Shown here: positions 10,415 through 20,300 of the stretch, piece after piece
Numbering within the stretch: position 1 is the stretch's first letter
Layout: each line of letters starts with the position of its first letter
DNA from: Dehalococcoidia bacterium
Lineage (GTDB): Bacteria; Chloroflexota; Dehalococcoidia; Bin125
Assembly (NCBI GenBank): GCA_965116225.1
Contig: OZ220495.1
Location: 2,261,405 to 2,325,404, forward strand
Length of the DNA stretch: 64,000 nucleotides
Direction: 5' to 3'
Notes under the pieces: generated by a model
What the model was told of the DNA's origin: nothing
The model's input: the letters and a program-made list of their open reading frames with translations, nothing else
Database searches by the model: none
Made by a program: the position numbers and the translations under genes

Positions 10415-11671
10415 TTAGACCGACCCCGAAACTGCGACTACGCAGGAGCGTAGCGTCCCGAGTCCCTGTTCCAGCTCATCGTCGCCGATCGTTAGCGGCG
10501 GCATCAGCTTGACCACGTCGGAGGCGGAGCCTCCTGATGTCTCGACCAGCAGCCCACGCTCGAAGGCGGCGTTGGCGATACGCGATGCCGCGCCATCGAG
10601 CGGCGTATGCAGACCCTGCAACATGCCACGTCCACGAACCGTGGCGCGTAACGCCTCATGCTCGGCGGCGATCGATTCCAACTTCACCCGGATGATCTCG
10701 GATTTACGCTGCACCTCGTTCGAGAGCGAATCATCGGTCCACCAGGTCAGCGCCTCGGTCGCCGTAACGAAGGCCGCGTTGTTGCCCCGAAAGGTGCCGT
10801 TGTGTTCGCCCGGCGACCAGATGTCGAGATCGGGGCGAATCAGCGTCAGCGACATCGGCAGGCCGCTGCCTGAAATCGACTTGGAGAGGCAAATCAGGTC
10901 GGGTTGAATTCCCGCCGGTTCGAACGAAAAGAACGTGCCTGTGCGGCCGCAACCAGCCTGGATGTCGTCGACGATGAGCAGCGCATCGTGCCGCTTGCAA
11001 CACTCCGCCAGCCGCTGCAGCCACTCGAATCCGGCGGTGTGTAGACCGCCCTCTCCCTGTACGGTCTCGACGATTACGGCCGCCGCCGACACGTCATCGC
11101 TCGCCAGCATTGCGTCGAGCACCGAGACGCTATCCACGTCGTCGCCCAGTTCGCCGTCGAACGGTGCGGTGACCTGATGCTCAAGCGGGATGCCGCCCGA
11201 TGCTCGTTTGACCACGTTGCCGCTCAACGCCAACGATCCCAGCGTCATTCCGTGAAACGCATTGGTGAATGAGACAACAGTCTGCCGACCTGTCGCCTTG
11301 CGCGCCAGCTTGAGCGCAGCTTCGACCGCGTTGGTGCCGGTCGGTCCCGGGAACATCAGCCTGTACGACATGCCGCGCGGTCGCAGGATGATCTCGTCGA
11401 AGCGCTGCAGGAAGTCGCGCTTGGCGGTTGTCGCCATATCCAGACTATGCAGCACGCCGCGCGATTGCAGATAGTCGATCAACGCTGCGATCATCGCAGC
11501 GTTGTTGTGGCCGTAGTTGAGTCCGCCTGCGCCGGAGAAGAAATCGAGGTACTCGCGCCCCTCTTCGTCCCAGAGACGCGCGTCCTGCGCGCGCTTGAAT
11601 ACCGTCGGCCAGGAGCGCACGTAGGAGCGTACATCGGATTCCAGCTCCGCGAACGCATCGAGTCCGCTCAT
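10415..11671 (-). CDS. Diaminobutyrate--2-oxoglutarate transaminase-like class III aminotransferase (EctB/Dat family)
   Basis: N-terminal ESDVRSYVRSWPTVF...GREYLDFFSGAGGLNYGHN matches the EctB/DABA-AT signature. The PLP Lys region LSKSISG is present. Start is taken at MSGLD. Confidence 0.75.
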   Translation of the reverse strand: MSGLDAFAELESDVRSYVRSWPTVFKRAQDARLWDEEGREYLDFFSGAGGLNYGHNNAAMIAALIDYLQSRGVLHSLDMATTAKRDFLQRFDEIILRPRGMSYRLMFPGPTGTNAVEAALKLARKATGRQTVVSFTNAFHGMTLGSLALSGNVVKRASGGIPLEHQVTAPFDGELGDDVDSVSVLDAMLASDDVSAAAVIVETVQGEGGLHTAGFEWLQRLAECCKRHDALLIVDDIQAGCGRTGTFFSFEPAGIQPDLICLSKSISGSGLPMSLTLIRPDLDIWSPGEHNGTFRGNNAAFVTATEALTWWTDDSLSNEVQRKSEIIRVKLESIAAEHEALRATVRGRGMLQGLHTPLDGAASRIANAAFERGLLVETSGGSASDVVKLMPPLTIGDDELEQGLGTLRSCVVAVSGSV

Positions 11672-11790
11672 CCCGCGCGCACTCGCAACCATCCGCAGCC
11701 CTCGCAATCGGATGCCCACCGTACTCTCTCCACTATGCCCGATTTCAGGGTCAATGTCGTCAGCGTCCTCAACGGTGGAAGCGGACGCTC

Positions 11791-13785
11791 CTAGCTGTGA
11801 CCGTTGTGAGAGTGATGACTGTGTTCATGTCCATCGTGCTCATCGTGGTTCATGTCGTGCGCGCAGTGATCGGGCGTGGGCAGGTCGAGCGCGGGATTAT
11901 GGCTGAAGAACCCCGCCGGTCGCAGCTTGAATCCACTGCGATGCACCGGCGCCACCGGCCAGTCCTCGGACGTGACGATGTGGTTCATCCCGACCGTGTA
12001 CCAGAGCACGACATCGGCGTCCGCGATCTCGCGGTCGGCCGATACCCAAGACGGGATGCCCTGTCCCGGCTCGCTCTGGTTCGGGTAATTGCCAGCCGGG
12101 TACATCTGCGTCGCGTCAAAGGGGGTCACCCAGAGCTGCTTGCGGGCGAACCCGGCGCGCCCGTAAACGGCCGATTCCCGACCGGCCATCATCGAGACCG
12201 TCTCGCCTGGTATCAGCAGATACGCCGGCGCATGCCCCACGTGGTTGACCTTGTTGGTGTTCGCAACGCGCCAGTGACGTGCCGAGGCCGCGTTGACCAC
12301 GCGCTCGCCATCCGACTCGTTGAGCAACGGCTTGGCGATGGCGGTGAAGGCGTTGTGGTAGGGATTTTGCGGGCCCGCCGGCAACGGCGCGGTATCGACT
12401 TCGTAGACCGTGTTCGTGCCGCCATCGACCTCCATGTCTAGGCGGAAGCAGAAGAAATGCTGGTGGATCGGCCCCGCTAGTTGCGGCGCGATCATGTGCC
12501 GCGTGATCTGCGGGTCGTCCGGCTCGGCGGCGATCGTCTGCACGATGCCGGTCGCCTTGATTTCTTGCTCCCACGATCCGTCTGGGTAGAAGTACCAGTA
12601 GAAGCCGTAGTCGTAGTTGCCGACTGTGGCGATCGCCGAAACGACCAGCCGCCGCATGCGGCGCACCTCCGAAACCGGGACATCGCCCTCGAGCCGCGTG
12701 TGCTTCCAGTTGATTCCGAAATCCTCTTCGTGGATACAGATGGCGTTCTTGATCGTCCGCGAGCCGCCGAACTCATTGGTCACGTGGCCGTCCATATAGA
12801 CGATCTCGCCCAGGCAATCGCAGCCAAGCTCAAGCGAATTAGTCAGCCGCCCCAGCCCGCCGACTTCGCCCGAGTCGAACGCGTTCTTGAAGTACTGCGT
12901 CGGCGACGAGTCGCCGTATGGCACGACCATCTCGGCCATCGAGGCGCGATAGCAGATCGACCGCAACTCGCCGTCGTCGTTGTAGGCGATCTGGTGCAGC
13001 ACCAGACCCTCGCGTGGGTGCAGAGAGACCCGCATCTGCCACTTCTGCCAGCAGAGCAGGTGCCCATCCAGCGTGAACGAGACGCCGTCCGGCTGGATGA
13101 TGTCCAGCGCTTTGAGATCCTCGCGCGGCGTGATGTCGTTGTATTGATAATCGAGCGCCGTTTCGGGCGCGGCGGGACCAGGTTCGTCGATCAATTCCAG
13201 GACGCGGTTCTCAGTCAGATCGACGACCGCCACGACATACTCGATCGGACGGCCGTAGCCGTTCGACTGCTCGGAGTCTCGCAGATAGGAGATTGCCTTA
13301 AGCGTGCGGTACTCCCGCTCCCATGCGGTCCCGAAGTTGCCGCCCGGCCACGGGTCGACCTGGATCAGCTCAATCTGCGCGTCGCTGAAGCCGCGCGCTT
13401 TCATCGCCGCCAACCAGCGCGAGTCCGTCTTGACCGCCTGCACGGCCCGACCGAACTCCTCCATCAGCGGAAACGGCTGATGTCCCTCCAGCGCGGTCCA
13501 ACGCGTCACCGACTCTGCGCCGAGATCGACGACGCACTCCACTGCCTCGCCGCTGGAGACATCGAGCAGCATGACAAACGCCCGCCGCTCAATCGAGTCG
13601 CCGTTAGAGTACGCCCGCACGGTGTCCTTTGCAGGTTCGTCTAGCGCAACCAGCGGGAATCGCCAGCTGTCACGAGGTTGATGCGCTCCCGCAATGCGAG
13701 AAGCCGCCGCAATCTCCTCAGCCGTCAACGGGTCGAGCGGATGGGAAACGCCAACCGGCGCAGCGGGTCGAGTCTCAGTAACCAT
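11791..13785 (-). CDS. Copper-containing (TPQ) primary amine oxidase with C-terminal His-rich tail
   Basis: TVGNYDYGFYW (precursor Tyr of TPQ in the N-Y-D/E-Y consensus), His ligands, 665 aa. Start ATG at 13785 (MVTETRPAAP). C-terminus ...HDMNHDEHDGHEHSHHSHNGHS. Confidence 0.85.
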   Translation of the reverse strand: MVTETRPAAPVGVSHPLDPLTAEEIAAASRIAGAHQPRDSWRFPLVALDEPAKDTVRAYSNGDSIERRAFVMLLDVSSGEAVECVVDLGAESVTRWTALEGHQPFPLMEEFGRAVQAVKTDSRWLAAMKARGFSDAQIELIQVDPWPGGNFGTAWEREYRTLKAISYLRDSEQSNGYGRPIEYVVAVVDLTENRVLELIDEPGPAAPETALDYQYNDITPREDLKALDIIQPDGVSFTLDGHLLCWQKWQMRVSLHPREGLVLHQIAYNDDGELRSICYRASMAEMVVPYGDSSPTQYFKNAFDSGEVGGLGRLTNSLELGCDCLGEIVYMDGHVTNEFGGSRTIKNAICIHEEDFGINWKHTRLEGDVPVSEVRRMRRLVVSAIATVGNYDYGFYWYFYPDGSWEQEIKATGIVQTIAAEPDDPQITRHMIAPQLAGPIHQHFFCFRLDMEVDGGTNTVYEVDTAPLPAGPQNPYHNAFTAIAKPLLNESDGERVVNAASARHWRVANTNKVNHVGHAPAYLLIPGETVSMMAGRESAVYGRAGFARKQLWVTPFDATQMYPAGNYPNQSEPGQGIPSWVSADREIADADVVLWYTVGMNHIVTSEDWPVAPVHRSGFKLRPAGFFSHNPALDLPTPDHCAHDMNHDEHDGHEHSHHSHNGHS

Positions 13786-13924
13786 GGCGGATGCTCTCCA
13801 AATTCGATTTGGTGCGACATGAAGTGACAACAGCTTAACCGAGCGTAATCCACACCGCGCGACTTCGCTTGTGAGACGGGTCAAGATTGGCTAGTATAAG
13901 ACGAGTGACTGAGAGGATAATCTA

Positions 13925-14539
13925 ATGAAAAGCGATGACCAAAACAACCTCGCAGTGAGAGTGATCTCCGAGAAGATCGCGCAACTGGAGCCGGACATCG
14001 CGTCCCAGGTCTCAGAAGCACGCCAAAGCCTGGCTGAGATGGTTCGGCTCCTGGAAGAGCAGCGAACGCTCCAAGGGGCGATTGAATCGTTGCAAGGAAC
14101 CAGGCAAGAGCCGGATATCGATGAGCGATGGGCGATGAGAAGCCGCGATCCTCTATTTCGCGCTCAGCGTGCGCTACGAGAGATCGACATGATCGAGCGT
14201 GACAGGGACCCCGAGCGTCGCCGCCCAGTCGCCCCTTCGGATCTGACTGTGAGAGGAAGACCGGGTGGCCAAAGCGGTGAAGAGCGCGCTGAAAAGCTAG
14301 ACATTGTCGCCTTCGCGCAAGAGTTCGCAACATCAAATGGCAACCTGGCGCGCCTGCCGGACTTGGCGGCGCTCATCGTCAAGCGTGACCCAAGCAGATA
14401 TCGGAATGTCGCCACCGCCCAAGCCTCGTTGTACTACCACCTCGGTAAGAGCGAGCTGTTCGAGAAGGTTCGCGCCGGCACGTTTCGCCTCATCGATCCA
14501 GCCGGCGCTGCCACAGAAAGAAATGGAGAAGAACGATGA
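13925..14539 (+). CDS. Hypothetical protein: coiled-coil N-terminus plus C-terminal Mrr_N-like winged-helix segment
   Basis: GAGAGGA RBS 7 nt before the ATG. Lower GC (about 55%) than flanks. C-terminus ...AQASLYYHLGKSELFEKVRAGTFRLID resembles the Mrr_N wHTH wing. Confidence 0.55.
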   Translation: MKSDDQNNLAVRVISEKIAQLEPDIASQVSEARQSLAEMVRLLEEQRTLQGAIESLQGTRQEPDIDERWAMRSRDPLFRAQRALREIDMIERDRDPERRRPVAPSDLTVRGRPGGQSGEERAEKLDIVAFAQEFATSNGNLARLPDLAALIVKRDPSRYRNVATAQASLYYHLGKSELFEKVRAGTFRLIDPAGAATERNGEER

Positions 14540-14582
14540 CTTAGGCCAATGCAGGAAGCAACGATCCCGAAGAAAGGAGCGA

Positions 14583-15026
14583 GTGTGGAAGAACGACTGT
14601 CCTCTACCGCTCGCCAAGATACGCGCAATCGCGCAGGAACGGAGGTACAGGGTGACAGAGCACCCATTCGACGATCAGGAACCGGAATCGCCCTTGAACC
14701 AGGTACGCGCAGCTCTAGATCGACTTGCGTCACAGTCGTTGGCGGCTAGTGACGCGCGACGATCTGTGTGCGAGCAATTGCAGGCGGCGATCGATGCCCA
14801 GAACTGGCACCGCGCGCATCGCGCCGCGCGAATGCTCGCCCGCGGTGATGCCCTCAGTCTCGTTCTATGGCTGGGGGCGCAAGAGCATATTGAGCGGCTG
14901 CGAGCGGCAGACGTCGAACGTTGTCCCTCGCATGATCCACTGGATGCTCAAGCGGCGATTCAAGAAGCAGAGCGGCTGCTCTCGCAGTCGCCCGACGACC
15001 GAAACTCGAAGGAGGAACCATCGTGA
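14583..15026 (+). CDS. Hypothetical protein (GTG start chosen; ORF is open from 14304 but would overlap upstream gene)
   Basis: ORF in frame 0. Motif KIRAIAQERRYRVTEHPFDD. The stop overlaps the next start (GTGA), indicating translational coupling. Confidence 0.4.
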   Translation: MWKNDCPLPLAKIRAIAQERRYRVTEHPFDDQEPESPLNQVRAALDRLASQSLAASDARRSVCEQLQAAIDAQNWHRAHRAARMLARGDALSLVLWLGAQEHIERLRAADVERCPSHDPLDAQAAIQEAERLLSQSPDDRNSKEEPS

Positions 15027-15346
15027 AACTGACCGAAGCTGAGCGCATGCTCCCATACGTGCTGTGTGAGCTGAAAATCAGAGGCCCAGAGCTGCGGTTC
15101 AGGCAGCTGGCAAACGCAGTTCGGCCGCGTATGACGCACCTTCTAACGGAGACCGACTTGCGTCCATACGACAGTGGCCAAATTCCTTGGGAAGTCAAGC
15201 TGAGCAGGTTCAAAGATGAGCTGCGCAAGCGCAGGCTGATTGATCCGCGCACTTCCCGGGGCGTGTATCGAATCACGCGCAAGGGATCGCAGGAGGTTGA
15301 AGATTGGCTCGCTGCGCTGACTGCTGCTACGGGACCGGATGCGTAA
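15023..15346 (+). CDS. Small Mrr_N-like winged-helix protein
   Basis: 107 aa, ...RLIDPRTSRGVYRITRKGSQ closely resembles the C-terminal wing of the Mrr_N wHTH domain. Start overlaps the upstream stop. Confidence 0.5.
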   Translation: MKLTEAERMLPYVLCELKIRGPELRFRQLANAVRPRMTHLLTETDLRPYDSGQIPWEVKLSRFKDELRKRRLIDPRTSRGVYRITRKGSQEVEDWLAALTAATGPDA

Positions 15347-15351
15347 CGACA

Positions 15352-15384
15352 CTTGCGGGCACCGCCATTGGCGGTGCCCGCAAG
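15352..15384 (+). terminator. Intrinsic-terminator-like hairpin (15-bp perfect stem cttgcgggcaccgcc / ggcggtgcccgcaag, 3-nt loop)
   Basis: Perfect inverted repeat beginning 6 nt after the TAA stop at 15346. No U-tract, which is common in high-GC genomes. Confidence 0.55.
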
Positions 15385-15938
15385 CTGTGTGAGATCGTTT
15401 GAGCGCTCAGATCGTTGATACTGTTTCACCCCCAGGCCGGAACACCTCTTTGGGCGATGGCCAGTTGGTTAGCGGTCAGAGCGGACGTGACTCGAACCGT
15501 GGCGGACGGCTATCCCTCGCAGATCAGCTGAGCCTGCCCTTCGTCGAACCCTATTCGCTCACCTGTCGCGCAGGGCTGCCACCTCCAGTCTCTCTGCTCC
15601 TGTAGGCGGGTGAGGTGGTTTGCGTTCAGGATGCCGGATTGGATCAGCAGGATTGCGGTATCTGCGTTTTCGACCGACATCGCCGATAACCAGCTCGTGC
15701 TGGCGCTGCTGGCATCGAAGTTGTTGAGCGCCTGCGTACCAACCGCCATTTGTTCTGGAGCCTGCCGCTTCCCCCGTTCCCGGCGGGCGCAGTCTACGCC
15801 CTGTCCGCGGAGTGGCCGGCGTGGGGTAGTCTCACTACCGTCGAACGAACGCAAGCAGGCGCGGGGAAATTCCCCGCGCCTGCTTGCTGCTGCGCTGGCT
15901 GTTGCCAGCGCTTGTCGGTCGACACGGCAGGTGAAGCG

Positions 15939-17243
15939 CTAGACGGCCTCGATGATCGTCGAGATGCCCATGCCAGCGCCGATGCACTGGGTGGCGAGAC
16001 CGTACTGGCTGCCGCTGCGCTTGAGCTCGCGCGCGACGGTGGTGACCAGTCGGGTGCCGGTGGCGCCCAGCGGGTGGCCGATGGCCAGCGAACCGCCGTT
16101 GACGTTCACCTTGTCCATCGAAATGCCCAGCTCCTGCACCGAGGGGATGACCTGCGCGGCGAAGGCCTCGTTGAACTCGACGCGGTCGATCTGCGCGGCG
16201 TCGATGCCGGCGTGCGCCAGCGCTTTGCGTGTTGCAGGTATCGGGCCCAGACCCATAATCTGCGGCTTGACGCCGCCGACGCCAAAGCCCGCGATGCGCG
16301 CCAGCGGTTCAAGGCCGAGCTCGTCCGCCTTGCGCTCGCTCATCAGCAGCGCCGCGGTGAAGCCGTCGTTGGTCGGGCAGCTGTTACCGGCCGTGATGCG
16401 AATTTCGCTCTGCGTGTGCGAAACGGTGCCGCGGACGGTGCGCAGAGCGCTCAACCCCTCGAAGTTCGTGCCTGGGCGGAAGCCCTCATCGACTTCGACA
16501 ACGCGCGTGTCGCCGCGCTCGTCGAGCAGCAAGTTGCCTTCCTCATCGAAGACGGGCATGTCGACCTCGATCGGCACGATCTCGCCCTGGTAGAAGCCGT
16601 TGGCCATCGCCTCGCCGTACTTGCGGTGCGATTCGACCGCGAACTCGTCCAAGGTCTCGCGCGAAATGTCGTACATCTCGGCTACGTTCTGCGCCGTCTG
16701 CAGCATCGAGCAGACCGGTGACGAGTCGAGAATCTCGTCCGGGATCGGCACGCTGAAGTAGTCGTTGTGGTTGGGCGCGAGGTTGCGCTGCGACTCGGTC
16801 ATGCTGTGGCGGTCCTGGTTGAACTCGGTAATCCGGTTCGGTTCCGCGCCGCCGCCGCCGCCAAGCTGGCGACCCATCCGCTCGACGCCGAGCGCGATGC
16901 CGACGTCAATCGCGCCGACCATAATCTCCTGCGCCACGCGATGCATCGTCTCCATCGAGGAACCGCACTGGCGGTTCGAGTCGAACGTGCAGACCGACTC
17001 GGGCAGCCCGGCCAGTCGCACGATGTGGTTGGCGCCGATACCGGCCAGCTCCGCCACGCCGCCGACGCAGCCCATGCCGACATCCTCGATGTCGTGCGGA
17101 GATAGCTGCGGGTAGCGGCCGAGCAGTTCCTGGAGCACTTGGACGGCGATCGTGTCCAGCCGGGTCGCCGTGAACGCGCCGCGCCCGCCGCGCGTGAAGG
17201 CGGAACGTGCGCCGTCGACGATGACGACATTCTGCATTTCCAT
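15939..17243 (-). CDS. Thiolase-family acetyl-CoA C-acyltransferase
   Basis: 434 aa, N-terminal VVIVDGARSAFTRGGRGAF and active-site Cys region NRQCGSSMET typical of thiolases. Confidence 0.8.
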   Translation of the reverse strand: MEMQNVVIVDGARSAFTRGGRGAFTATRLDTIAVQVLQELLGRYPQLSPHDIEDVGMGCVGGVAELAGIGANHIVRLAGLPESVCTFDSNRQCGSSMETMHRVAQEIMVGAIDVGIALGVERMGRQLGGGGGAEPNRITEFNQDRHSMTESQRNLAPNHNDYFSVPIPDEILDSSPVCSMLQTAQNVAEMYDISRETLDEFAVESHRKYGEAMANGFYQGEIVPIEVDMPVFDEEGNLLLDERGDTRVVEVDEGFRPGTNFEGLSALRTVRGTVSHTQSEIRITAGNSCPTNDGFTAALLMSERKADELGLEPLARIAGFGVGGVKPQIMGLGPIPATRKALAHAGIDAAQIDRVEFNEAFAAQVIPSVQELGISMDKVNVNGGSLAIGHPLGATGTRLVTTVARELKRSGSQYGLATQCIGAGMGISTIIEAV

Positions 17244-17382
17244 CGGTCGTTCCTTTCTGGCGGGCCATGCCAGATGGCTCGCCGTCTGTCTGCGTGGTTG
17301 TCACACCACAATGTAACGTCACATAGTCTAACGCTCTGACGCGCCCTAGTACCATCCTCGGCGAGCGCCGCGACTGTTGTCG

Positions 17383-20300
17383 CTAGAGGTCGAGTGTGCC
17401 TGACGCGGCAGGTTGCGATTTGGGCGGTTTCCGCTCTGCGTCGGACGGACTGGGCAGCTCAGCCGCCGTCCACAGTTCCGATTCGAGCACCGCATCCAGC
17501 AGCGCCCGTCCCGTCGGCTCGAGGTCGATGGTGCGCTCGATCACCCAGAGCAATTCCAACAGCTCTTCGCTGAACTCCCATCGCTCTGGCCGAATGTCGT
17601 CGAGCGGCGACGATTTCTTGCCTTTGCGATCCCGCATCCGATAGCCCAGCCATGATCGCACGATCTGTAACCCCGACACCGAGTATTCGTACACCGCTCG
17701 CGGCACTGGTCGGAATTCGCCCTCGCCCACATGCAGCGTCAAGGTCTGCTCGTCGTAGTGGAACGAGTTTGGATATTCCGACTGCGGCACCGCCACCGCG
17801 CAGCGGGCGTCACCCTGCGGAACCGTGCCGTCGTCCTGCGGACCGGCGAACCGCTCTCCGTACGTATGCAGATGGATCAGTTGTCGCCCGTGCTCGGCGA
17901 CGCGCATGAACAACTCCCGATCCTTGCTGATCGGCAAGCGCGGCGGCGGCAACTCGAGCTCGTCCCAGAATCGCTCGACGTAGGATGGTTGGGCGAGGAT
18001 GCCATAAGCGTAGGCGAAGAGGTCTTCCGGCCCCGTGTCGAGTATGTCGAGAATGCCGGCAGTCACATTGGCTTGAGTTCCCGCCGCGTCTCGGTAGAGG
18101 GGGATGACATCCTTGGCACCCCGGCCGCAGAAGTGATCGAGATCCGGAACAGCGCTCGCTGCGATCGCCGCAGGCCCCTTGCCCAGCACTTTTGTCAGTA
18201 GCGAAGTCATATAGACCTGATTTGAGCTATATGCAACCCATAGTGATGGTCCGGGTCGATCAATAAGCCTTGTGTCTGCAATAATGTACTGTCTGTCCCA
18301 TGAGCGTAGCGTGTACTGCACTATATGGGGCATTGGTTCAGGTTTCTTGACATCATATATTGATACGAGCCTGGCTCCCTGTTTATCCAAGGGCATCGGC
18401 TCGTCATCGACCTTACGACCAGTCGATCGACTCACAAATAGCATTTCACGCTGACTGTTCTCTGATTTTGTCAGAGCTCGCCAGCGCGCGCTAAGTATAT
18501 TAGTCGTCTCTCCAATTGGCCAAGTTCTACCGACCTTGACGCCGGACTGTTGCCAGGGGAATACGTCGTTGACCTCCGGCCAGTCGAAGTAAGCGCCTGT
18601 GCCGATCGGGTAGAACGGATCGGTCCAGGCGTCTGAGCAAGGTTGCCAATCGAGATCGGCAAGCGTTCGAATCTCGTTAAGCTGCGCGAGCTTGGCTTCG
18701 GCGCTGCCGCTGAGCTTAACCTTGCTGACGACAGCCGGGCGCTCGGAGTCTGCGTCGCGGTATCGCACGCCGATCGCAATCGCCACGGGAGAGCGGATGG
18801 CGAACACGTTGTCCGTCTTGCGAGCGCCGAGATTGTCGCCCTCCAGATCGATGATCCGCAGTTCGTCGAACGTCTGGCGCATCATCTGCCGCATGCCCGC
18901 AAATGCCGGTCCGCGCAGATATGAGGAGGCGGTAATGAAGGTGACGATACCTCGGTAGTCCGGCGATTCGAACACTTTCCAAAGCGCCCAGCGCCAGAAG
19001 TACACGTATGTGTTGTATAGATTCTTCAACTGGCCGCCTTCGCCCGCTTTGACGACCGGCTCGGTAAAGTCGCGCAGAATTCCAGCCTGTTCAGGCCCGA
19101 TGTCGCCGTGTACGACCCAACCGCCAGGCCCTTCCTTACCCGTTTCGGGTTCGCCCATTTTGCCGCGGTCGTAGGGCGGATTGCCGATGCAGACAGTGAT
19201 GTTGCGAGCGCGTTTCATCTCCTGCGCCGCTTTGCGATCGGCGGTTATAGCCTGTTGCAGCAGCGAAGCGTGAAACTCTTCCTCTGCCGTAGGCGATGCC
19301 AATGTATCGGCCAGATAGACTCGCGCCGACTGCCCGGTCGCTCCAACTTCGCGCAATCGCTGCGTGATCCGGAGTCGCGCGACGGCGTAGGGTCCCACCA
19401 ACAACTCGAACGCTTCCAGGCGCTCGGCCAAGCTGCTCATACGCTCTGCAACCGCGCCGGGTCCATAGCGTTGCGAGACCGTCGTTGCCGCTTGATCGAT
19501 GATGGCGAGCGGGTAGGTGCCGGTCCCCACGGCAGGGTCGAGGATGCGCACCGATGAATCCGCGAAGCCCAGTGGCCTGTCGAACCGGGTGCGAAGCAGT
19601 TCGTCGGCCAACCGCACCTGGCATTCCACTACCTCGATGGGCGTGAAATAGACGCCGCGATCCTTACGCAGGGCCGGATCATAGGCGGCGAGAAAGATCT
19701 CGTAGAAGTACAGCCAATAGTCAGTGGCGAGTTCCGTCTGCGGTTCCGCTATCGCGCCGATCACACGCTCCAACAGCGAAATGGGCATCAGCAGTTCGTC
19801 GCGGACGAGTGGGAGTTCCAGCAGCTGCAGCGCCGAAGCCAGCAGCGCATGTTCGCCTTCCAGTTTGGGAAGCGCCGCGTGGAGATCAAGCGACTCAGCA
19901 CCTTCGAACTGCGCCAGCAGCAGCGCATAGGTCAATGTCTGCGCATATGCGTCAGCGAATTGCGCGTCATCCGCCTCAGGGAAGAGGATGCCGCGCCATT
20001 CCGTCGCAAGTTCGCGCAGCGGTTTATTCCCCCGTCCCAGTGCTGATTGAACCTCGTCCCGCAGGATGCGGGCCAGCGGCGCGATGAATTCCGCGATGCC
20101 CTTCGGATCGCTAGGTGTCTTGGGCTGCCAGTTGACGAAGTCCGCCAATAGCGCCCGTAACTCGCTCAGCGAGTCAGGCCGTAAGGCGTTGGGACCGTCG
20201 CGAATATCCGTAGCGATTCGGACTCGAGCTTTTCGCTCACCCGTCCGATATAATGTCCACTCGGAGCCATCGGTATAGATCAGATTGGGCAACGCCGTAA

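Noticed and set aside
12481-13644. 387-aa + strand ORF
   Set aside because: Antisense to the copper amine oxidase gene, which has unmistakable motifs. Arg/Asp/Val-rich low-complexity product.
14304-14582. Upstream in-frame extension of the second island ORF (ATG at 14304)
   Set aside because: Would overlap the first island gene by 236 nt in another frame. The extension is Ser/Arg/Cys-rich low complexity, so the GTG at 14583 was preferred. The start remains uncertain.
17369-17383. Short hairpin gcgac-tgtt-gtcgc at the RM gene stop as a terminator
   Set aside because: Only 5 bp of stem and it overlaps the stop codon. Too weak to call.
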